Positions 1 through 5,405 are shown, counted from the first letter of the stretch. The stretch is 26,694 nucleotides of DNA from Patescibacteria group bacterium (GCA_023480925.1 JAMCWY010000013.1:1-26694), one strand, 5' to 3'. A program made the numbers and translations. The notes: generated by a model not told the origin, from the sequence alone.

Positions 1-1257
1 TTTAAAGCTCTGGAACGAATCGCTAGTTTAATCAAAGCGGAAATTGGCGGAGAAGTCTTAAGGGGCCGAATTGAATTTGGCCGGATCGAGGCGAAAAAAG
101 TTTTTTTGAATTTTGAAAAATTAAATCAAGTTTTCGGCGGCCGAATTGAAAAAAAAGTCGTTGAAGAAATTTTGAAAAAAGCCGGTCTGATTTTGATTAA
201 AAAAACCGATAAGTTCTTGTATTTAAAAGTTCCGGCTGAACGGCTTGATTTAAATATCGAAGAAGATTTGATTGAGGAAGTTATTCGGCTTTTCGGTTTG
301 GAAAGAATCAAATCGAAATTGCCACGTGACCAAGAATTTAGCCAGCCGGAAGAGCGATTAAATTTAATCAATGCGATCAAACAAGAGGCGATCAGCGCCG
401 GCTTTGACGAAACGGTTAATTATAGCTTTAACCAGGAAAAAGAATTTGAATTGTTCGAGGAACTGATTAATAAGTTGGATCATAATCTCGAGGCGGCGCC
501 GGTCAAAATTCTTAATCCCATTAGCAACGCTTATGAAATTTATCGGCCGTCGCTTTTGCCCGGTTTGATCAGGGCCGCCAAAGCCAATCAGTGCCTGGTT
601 GGGTTTTCAAGATTTTTCGAAATTGGTGATTGCGGCTTGAAGTTAGCGAAAGGCTATAAAGAACGAAGTCATTTTGGCGCCTTAATTTGTCTTAATTCGG
701 TTCAAGATAGTTTGCTTAAGGCGAAAGGTTTTATCGGTTATCTTTTTGAAAGGCTTGGTCTGACCGGAGTTAATTGGCGTGATCAGCATTTTAATCTTTT
801 TGAAGCCGGCGCCTTGATTGAAAATTCAAAAAAGGAAACGATCGGTTTGATCGGATTGCTTTCGAAAAAAATTGAGGGCTTTTATGATTTAAACAAACGA
901 GCGGTCGCGGTTGAAATTGATCTTGAGCGGTTGAGTTTGGAGTTGAAAGACGAAAACGAGTTTGAGCCGTTGTCGCAATTCCCGGCGATTAACCGAGATA
1001 TTTCGTTCGTTACCAGTGAGACGATCTCTTTGGATTTTATTGAAAAATCAATTCAAGATCTTGGCGGCGATCTTTTGGAAGATGTCGAGCTGGTTGATGT
1101 TTACCAGGGTCGAGGAATTAAGGACGACGAAAAAGCGATCACTCTGCGCTTAATTTTTCGTTCAAAAGAGCGAAGTTTAAAAGACGAAGAAGTCAACCGC
1201 TTGCTTCAAATCATCATCAAAGACTTAGTCAACAGTTTTAAGGCGGCGATTCGTTAA
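1..1257 (+). CDS. pheT: Phenylalanyl-tRNA synthetase beta subunit, C-terminal part (5' end lies outside the window)
   Basis: Frame 1 is open from nt 1, so the listed ORF at 106 is only an internal Met. The B5-like region and the C-terminal FDX-ACB-type domain are recognisable (SQFPAINRDISFV...VELVDVYQGRGI...KAITLRLIFRS..RSLKDEEVN). Confidence 0.85.
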   Translation, partial: FKALERIASLIKAEIGGEVLRGRIEFGRIEAKKVFLNFEKLNQVFGGRIEKKVVEEILKKAGLILIKKTDKFLYLKVPAERLDLNIEEDLIEEVIRLFGLERIKSKLPRDQEFSQPEERLNLINAIKQEAISAGFDETVNYSFNQEKEFELFEELINKLDHNLEAAPVKILNPISNAYEIYRPSLLPGLIRAAKANQCLVGFSRFFEIGDCGLKLAKGYKERSHFGALICLNSVQDSLLKAKGFIGYLFERLGLTGVNWRDQHFNLFEAGALIENSKKETIGLIGLLSKKIEGFYDLNKRAVAVEIDLERLSLELKDENEFEPLSQFPAINRDISFVTSETISLDFIEKSIQDLGGDLLEDVELVDVYQGRGIKDDEKAITLRLIFRSKERSLKDEEVNRLLQIIIKDLVNSFKAAIR

Positions 1258-1381
1258 GGGTCGCGAATAAATAAATCGTCTTTGTCCATCCAAATAATTT
1301 TTTTTCAAATTAGTTTTGATCAAATTTATTTTTGCGTCGTAGTCTGACCAAAAAATAATTTTAATTAGTCAAGAATTTATG

Positions 1382-1390
1382 TGATAAAAT
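1382..1390 (+). promoter_or_regulatory. Candidate extended -10 promoter (TGaTAAAAT) for tRNA-Ser
   Basis: TG at 1382-1383 and TAAAAT at 1385-1390 lie about 25 nt upstream of the tRNA 5' end. There is no good -35. Confidence 0.3.
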
Positions 1391-1414
1391 TATTATTGAT
1401 TGTTATTTTTAAAA

Positions 1415-1505
1415 GGAAGGGTAGCCAAGAGGCCTAAGGCAGAGGGTTGCTAACCCTTGGCGGCTCATACCCGCCTCGTGGGTTCGAATCCCACCCCTTC
1501 CGCCA
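1415..1505 (+). tRNA. tRNA-Ser (anticodon GCU), class II with long variable arm, CCA encoded
   Basis: Acceptor GGAAGGG/CCCTTCC. Anticodon stem GAGGG/CCCTT with loop TTGCTAA. Variable arm GGCGGCTCATACCCGCC. T arm GTGGG-TTCGAAT-CCCAC. Discriminator G followed by CCA. Confidence 0.93.
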
Positions 1506-1692
1506 GACAGGAGAAGCCGAGGGGGCGGAGCGTCAGAGTTCGCAGTCCGGATTTTCGTCAAAAAATGTCCGAACTTCGTTCAAAAAACACCGCTTTTTGC
1601 AAAATTATCTCACTTGGCCGTTGTTTTATCACCGCAATCCCGTCTTTAAATAAAGTGGAGAAACCATCTGTTAATAATAAAAACAAAGATTT

Positions 1693-1739
1693 AAAAAAGA
1701 GCTAACTCTTATTCCAAAATGAAGTTAGCTCTTTTATTT
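1693..1739. terminator. Bidirectional rho-independent terminator
   Basis: An 11-13 bp stem, AAGAGCTAACT (1697-1707) pairing with AGTTAGCTCTT (1723-1733), is flanked by an A-run on the left and a T-run on the right. The stop codon of the minus ORF 1734..2063 sits in the 3' T-run at the base of the stem. Confidence 0.7.
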
Positions 1740-2063
1740 GGGGCTGATGTAACAGACCCAGAGTAAAAGTAATATCCCTGAGACGGAGAGAAGTATACTT
1801 ATCCATACTTTCTCTTCCAAGTTTTCGATTCGTTTCTCAATCGAATTGATTTTTTCCATCTGGGTTCTCATCCGGTCAAGAACACTATTTAACCTGATTG
1901 TTATTCTTATTTCCATGAGTTTCCATTGGGGCGTAGGGTTCGTCTTGCCCGGCGAGGAATATTCTTTTTCTGTAATAAAAGAATCCTTCCAACTCTGGTT
2001 AATCTGTTCGATGATCTGTTTCGAGACCCGAGCATCGTTGTCGTCCGTGTCCATAGCTTCCAT
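1734..2063 (-). CDS. Hypothetical tail-anchored coiled-coil protein (109 aa), XhlA-like architecture
   Basis: ATG is preceded by AAGGAG (plus 2070-2075) with a 6-nt spacer. It has an acidic N-terminus, heptad-like MEKINSIEKRIENLEEK, and a single C-terminal TM helix (WISILLSVSGILLLLWVCYI). The terminator follows directly. Confidence 0.55.
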   Translation of the reverse strand: MEAMDTDDNDARVSKQIIEQINQSWKDSFITEKEYSSPGKTNPTPQWKLMEIRITIRLNSVLDRMRTQMEKINSIEKRIENLEEKVWISILLSVSGILLLLWVCYISPK

Positions 2064-2166
2064 CTCATTCTCCTTTTTGGTTACTATTTAAATAGTAGAT
2101 GATTTTTCCGTTGGTGTCAAATGTTGTTTTTTCGGAGCACTGGGACTCGAACCCAACGCCCCAATG
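1924..2166. repeat. Inverted repeat pair, 19 nt with 18/19 identity (1924-1942 and 2148-2166)
   Basis: CATTGGGGCGTAGGGTTCG on plus at 1924-1942 matches CATTGGGGCGTTGGGTTCG on minus at 2166-2148. Both give HWGVGF in the shadow ORFs of the track. Confidence 0.8.
2134..2162 (-). other. Orphan tRNA-like minihelix (acceptor 3' strand plus T arm); not a complete tRNA
   Basis: The minus strand reads GGGGCGTTGGG-TTCGAGT-CCCAGTGCTCC, an 11-bp stem (3 G-U pairs) capped by a canonical T-loop with the G53-C61 pair. I could not build a matching 5' acceptor strand, D arm or anticodon arm upstream. Confidence 0.5.
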
Positions 2167-2220
2167 ATTCAAAAGCTCGTTTTCGAGTGTATTATACCTT
2201 AAAAAACAGTTCCTAAATAC

Positions 2221-2249
2221 TTGACATAGTGGTAAAAATTTACTATATT
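2221..2249 (+). promoter_or_regulatory. Near-consensus sigma70-type promoter, TTGACA-N17-TATATT
   Basis: TTGACA at 2221-2226, an exact 17-nt spacer, and TATATT at 2244-2249. It faces the GC-rich ORF. Confidence 0.6.
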
Positions 2250-2285
2250 TAGACATTGAAATTAATCCCCTAAAAAACAGACTAT

Positions 2286-2341
2286 TATGAGGTAGCGCAT
2301 CGGGCGTAATAGCTTTTTTGTGCCTATTGCGCTACCTCATA
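2286..2341 (+). promoter_or_regulatory. Perfect 14-bp stem hairpin in the leader of the GC-rich ORF
   Basis: TATGAGGTAGCGCA (2286-2299) pairs with TGCGCTACCTCATA (2328-2341), with a 28-nt loop. It lies between the promoter and the AGGAGG RBS. Confidence 0.6.
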
Positions 2342-2401
2342 CAGAGGAAAGCCGTTCGCCGGAGCGACTCTGGTAAATTCAGAATCAAAAGGAGGATGAC
2401 G

Positions 2402-2698
2402 ATGTCACAGATATTGATCACCAGCCGAGACCCAAAATGTCTCCACGCAGTCGGTCTCTTTGAGGCCGTCTGCAATAAGTCCAAGCTCGACGAGACACGC
2501 GCACAGCGGCTCAACGAGCACGGTGATGGGTTGCAGGACGGGATCGCGAAGCTCATCGCCGGGCTGACCACGCCCGACCAGTACGCCAACGAAGAAGTTC
2601 GTTCCAGATACACGTACCTGAAGGAGTACAAGGGACCGAAGTCGATCGCGAATCAGATCAGGACAATCGTCAAGATCTTCGGTCTCGATCCGAGCTAG
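2402..2698 (+). CDS. Hypothetical protein (98 aa) of foreign, GC-rich composition; probably the 5' fragment of a larger, now disrupted gene
   Basis: AAGGAGG at 2389-2395 lies 6 nt before ATG 2402. By hand count GC3 is about 75% and overall GC about 57%. It ends at TAG 2696-2698, but the same frame and codon bias continue to about 2779. Confidence 0.6.
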   Translation: MSQILITSRDPKCLHAVGLFEAVCNKSKLDETRAQRLNEHGDGLQDGIAKLIAGLTTPDQYANEEVRSRYTYLKEYKGPKSIANQIRTIVKIFGLDPS

Positions 2699-2791
2699 GC
2701 CATCGAGTTCGCCAAGAACTTACCCGCACTCCCCGAGGGTGCCGAAGGGTGGTTCGCCATTCCGTCGGTCGGGCATGTATATAAAGTTTCT

Positions 2792-3184
2792 TCAGTATTT
2801 GGTTGATTCTGATCCATCATTTTTGTTTAGGTACTGATCGCCTAATACTAAAGTCGCCGACAATAGGAGAAGACCTGAATGTTCCATTATTTCTAACGGA
2901 TTTCCAATTACAATCATAACGCCGATTAGCCAGATGGTCGCCCAGACGGCAACGCGACGGGTAGCGATACCGACGATAAGAAGCAAGCCGACAATGGAAT
3001 CGTTTAAACCAATAATAATATGCGCGAAAATCGCCGGATTAAACGGCAGGATATTCGCGACAAAAGAACTTTTTATGATCTCAATAAAATCGGCCGGAGC
3101 AAAAAACGCGGTTAGGGCGTTGGCAATAAAGATGAGACCGAGACCGGCGCGAATGAGAAAGTTGTAATTTAAATACTTATTCAT
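2792..3184 (-). CDS. DoxX-like small integral membrane protein (130 aa, about 4 TM)
   Basis: It has four hydrophobic segments, and the N-terminal LIRAGLGLIFIANALTAFFAP pattern is typical of DoxX-type proteins. It lies 6 nt downstream of the regulator gene. Confidence 0.5.
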   Translation of the reverse strand: MNKYLNYNFLIRAGLGLIFIANALTAFFAPADFIEIIKSSFVANILPFNPAIFAHIIIGLNDSIVGLLLIVGIATRRVAVWATIWLIGVMIVIGNPLEIMEHSGLLLLSATLVLGDQYLNKNDGSESTKY

Positions 3185-3190
3185 CGTTTT

Positions 3191-3418
3191 TTATTTATTC
3201 GACAAGGTGTAAATTCTAATTAATTTTTTGATCGCTTTTTCGTTTTCGCGGCGGTTTCGCATTTGGCTTTGAACGTGGGTTCGAAGGTGATTTTCCAAGA
3301 GAAAACGGGTAGGATTTTTGAGCGATCTTTGAATTGAGAGTGATTGTTCTAGCAGTGTTGGACAGTAGACTTCTTTTTCAATCGCTTTGGCTAAGCCGTC
3401 TAACTGAACTGGCCGCAA
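3191..3418 (-). CDS. CsoR/RcnR-family (DUF156) metal- or stress-sensing transcriptional repressor
   Basis: The family pattern is present: LDGLAKAIEKEVYC..LLEQSLSIQRSL......LLENHLRTHV. The Cys, His and His ligand positions give an RcnR-like x-C-H-H fingerprint. The start is TTG, and the upstream frame stays open for 18 more codons without a canonical start. Confidence 0.65.
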   Translation of the reverse strand: MRPVQLDGLAKAIEKEVYCPTLLEQSLSIQRSLKNPTRFLLENHLRTHVQSQMRNRRENEKAIKKLIRIYTLSNK

Positions 3419-3510
3419 ATAATTTTTGTCCGATGAATGGCGCGATTTTTTAACTTTTGACCTAATATGATTTTAATTTTATTAATAATATTTTTTTCGA
3501 CTTTTCTTAT

Positions 3511-3539
3511 AGTGTATACCCCCATATCCTATTTGTCAA
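3511..3539 (-). promoter_or_regulatory. Promoter TTGACA-N17-TACACT with an embedded ATA-C5-N-TAT operator-like site
   Basis: On the minus strand, TTGACA corresponds to plus 3534-3539 and TACACT to plus 3511-3516. The tract ATACCCCCATAT at 3516-3527 sits in the spacer and resembles the G/C-tract type operators described for RcnR/FrmR. Confidence 0.5.
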
Positions 3540-3696
3540 GTTAAGATTTTTTTGGGTTAATCTTGTCAATCGGAATTTTTGTATCGATGATTAAAATTTC
3601 CGCTAATATTATTATAGGTTTGTTTAAAGATTAATGCGTCAGACAGTGATAAATTAAGCCGATTATGGCGGTATACAATTGATCGGACTTGAGTTT

Positions 3697-4476
3697 TTAG
3701 ATTCGATTCCGTTTTAAGCCAAAGGCGATAAGAAAGGCGATCGCTTCGAAAACAACAATGACCGGTCCGGGTGGAACTTTGAAGATGAAGGCGAGAGTTA
3801 GACCGAGGATGGTCGTGCTTAATCCGCATACGATCGAGTTGGTTAGAAGCGCTTTGAGGCTTTGACTGATGAGTTGGGCGGTCGCGGCCGGGATAATCAA
3901 AAGCGAAGCGACCAAGAGCGTGCCCGCGACCTTGACGCCCAAAGTCACGCTTAAACTGATTAAGATCAGGAAGATTAAATTCGTTTTAACTAAATTGATG
4001 CCTTCGGCTTGGGCAAGTGTCTCAGAGAAGGTCGTGAAGACTAAATCTTTAAAATAACGCGTCAGTAAAAATATAATTAAGGCGACAAGAACAAGGCCGA
4101 GACCTAAGTCAAAAAAACTGACGGCGGAGATATTGCCGATTAAAATTGATTCAAGGTCTTGACCCGGGATAAGAAGAATGCCCGAGGCGAGCGAGAGGGC
4201 GAAAAACAAACCAACAATTGTTTCAGTGTAGATTTTTGTTTTAAATTGGATCAGATTTATTAAAAAAGCACTTAGGCTTAAAAAAATCAGCGCGCCAATC
4301 AACGGATCAAAATGAAGAAGGAGAGCGATGGCGATGCCGGGCAGGGCGATGTGAGAGTAAGAATCGCCAATTAAAGCTTGGCGGCGTTGAACAACAAAGA
4401 CGCCTAGGGCGGAGATAAAAATTCCGGCCAAGCCGGCTAAAAGAAAATTATAAAAAAACATTAACGCAAGTTTCAA
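3697..4476 (-). CDS. Metal (Zn/Mn/Fe-type) ABC transporter permease, ABC-3 family
   Basis: It is a 259-aa polytopic membrane protein of the ZnuB/MntB/TroC type. It overlaps the upstream ATPase gene by 4 nt. Confidence 0.75.
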   Translation of the reverse strand: MKLALMFFYNFLLAGLAGIFISALGVFVVQRRQALIGDSYSHIALPGIAIALLLHFDPLIGALIFLSLSAFLINLIQFKTKIYTETIVGLFFALSLASGILLIPGQDLESILIGNISAVSFFDLGLGLVLVALIIFLLTRYFKDLVFTTFSETLAQAEGINLVKTNLIFLILISLSVTLGVKVAGTLLVASLLIIPAATAQLISQSLKALLTNSIVCGLSTTILGLTLAFIFKVPPGPVIVVFEAIAFLIAFGLKRNRI

Positions 4477-5153
4477 TGAATTTGATGGCCATAAAGATTG
4501 ACTTCTTGGTGATAAAGTTTTTTAATTGTTTCATCGGAAAGTTCGTTGGTTGGGCCAACGCAACAAATAGTTTGATTAAGACAGATAACCCGGTCGGAAA
4601 TTTTCAAAATAACGGAAAGGTCGTGAGAAACCAAAATTAGGGTCCGGCCGAAATCGCGGGAAAGATTTTTTAATTTTATGTAAATCGATTCGGCACCGAA
4701 AATATCAAGACCGCTTGTTGGCTCGTCGAATAAAAGGAGATCGGGATGTTGAAGAAGGGCGAAGGCGATCAAAAATCTTTGGAACTGCCCGCCTGAAAGT
4801 TCTCTAATCGACTTATTTTCGCTTTCGCTCAGATCAAGCCAGTCGAGAACTTCTTCGCGGTCAGGCGCTTTGGCGTAATAGTCTAAAACTTCCTTGATGC
4901 TGATAGGAAAGCCGGTGTTGGTCTCAAGTTTTTGGGGAATGTAGCTTACTTTTTGTTTTTTTAACCAGTTGATTTCGCCTTGATAAGGAATGATACCCAA
5001 GATTGCTTTGAGCAGGGTGGTTTTACCCGCGCCATTCGGACCGATGATTGAAACAATTTCGCCTTGGTTAATGTCAAAACTGATATTTTCGAGAATTTTT
5101 TCCGATTGGATCGTCACAGATAAATTTTTAACTTCAAGAATTTTTGTCGGCAT
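4473..5153 (-). CDS. Metal ABC transporter ATP-binding protein (ZnuC/MntA-like)
   Basis: Walker A GPNGAGKTT, signature LSGGQFQR, Walker B LLLFDEPTSGLD, and H-loop SHD. Confidence 0.85.
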   Translation of the reverse strand: MPTKILEVKNLSVTIQSEKILENISFDINQGEIVSIIGPNGAGKTTLLKAILGIIPYQGEINWLKKQKVSYIPQKLETNTGFPISIKEVLDYYAKAPDREEVLDWLDLSESENKSIRELSGGQFQRFLIAFALLQHPDLLLFDEPTSGLDIFGAESIYIKLKNLSRDFGRTLILVSHDLSVILKISDRVICLNQTICCVGPTNELSDETIKKLYHQEVNLYGHQIH

Positions 5154-5193
5154 AATTGATTTTTTGCTTTAAATTTATATATTTTAGTATAGA

Positions 5194-5208
5194 AATTATA
5201 CCATAATT
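5194..5208 (-). promoter_or_regulatory. Extended -10 promoter (TGgTATAAT) overlapped by the palindrome AATTAT-ACC-ATAATT
   Basis: On the minus strand, TATAAT corresponds to plus 5195-5200 and TG to plus 5202-5203. The 6-3-6 palindrome at 5194-5208 lies about 40-55 nt upstream of the ABC ATPase start. Confidence 0.4.
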
Positions 5209-5396
5209 GTTTTAGGCGATTCAGCTATTGATAACTTGGTAGTAATTTATGGTTATTCAATAAGTTTTTGGGTGGATAATTTTGCCGCCGGCGGCGATCG
5301 AATCTTATTTTTTTCTTTTTCGCGAAAGTTTTGCTAAAATAGCAATAATTTTTATTTGGTTTTGGTCTAAATTAAACTTAGATTTTTTTGATTTTT

Positions 5397-5405
5397 TGTT
5401 ATAAT
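5397..5405 (+). promoter_or_regulatory. Candidate extended -10 promoter (TGtTATAAT) for rplM-rpsI
   Basis: TG at 5397-5398 and TATAAT at 5400-5405 lie 45 nt upstream of the rplM ATG. Confidence 0.4.

Noticed and set aside
1457-1705. 82-aa and 68-aa plus-strand ORFs overlapping tRNA-Ser.
   Set aside because: They start inside the tRNA gene and have no RBS. I mention only the distal 47-codon portion, and only as a weak possibility.
1924-2166. MITE-like element of 243 bp bounded by the 19-nt inverted repeats.
   Set aside because: There is no target-site duplication flanking the repeats. One repeat lies inside an apparently intact ORF whose start and RBS would then be element-borne. I kept it only as one of several explanations in the findings.
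2133-2210. Possible complete tRNA gene on the minus strand, suggested by the T arm and acceptor 3' strand.
   Set aside because: I tried several registers, giving UGA and GAA anticodon loops. None gave a paired anticodon stem, a D arm, or a 5' acceptor strand complementary to TGCTCCG. Only the top half is tRNA-like.
2065-2256. 63-aa minus-strand ORF and 81-aa plus-strand ORF (1846..2091) in the islet.
   Set aside because: They have no RBS, they span the tRNA-like hairpin or run antisense to the better-supported ORF, and their shared HWGVGF peptide is simply the inverted repeat being translated.
2343-2360. GAGGAAAGCCG resembles the RNase P RNA CR-I motif GAGGAAAGUCCGG, and the region is GC-rich in an AT-rich genome.
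   Set aside because: The match is inexact. I found none of the other conserved RNase P blocks (for example ACAGAA..CGGCUUA or the GGUAAGAGCGCACC-like block). The downstream sequence behaves as coding DNA.
2133-2735. tmRNA on the minus strand. The tRNA-like 3' end at 2133-2162 could pair, with two wobbles, with GGGGAGTGC (reverse complement of 2724-2735).
   Set aside because: It would be about 600 nt, well above the usual size. No tag-ORF or pseudoknot landmarks are evident. The plus strand of the same region has strong 3-nt periodicity (GC3 about 75%) and a strong RBS, which points to protein coding.
3566-3829. 87-aa minus-strand ORF spanning the end of the ABC permease and the intergenic region.
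   Set aside because: It overlaps the well-supported permease in another frame, and its sequence is basic and low-complexity. It is likely spurious.
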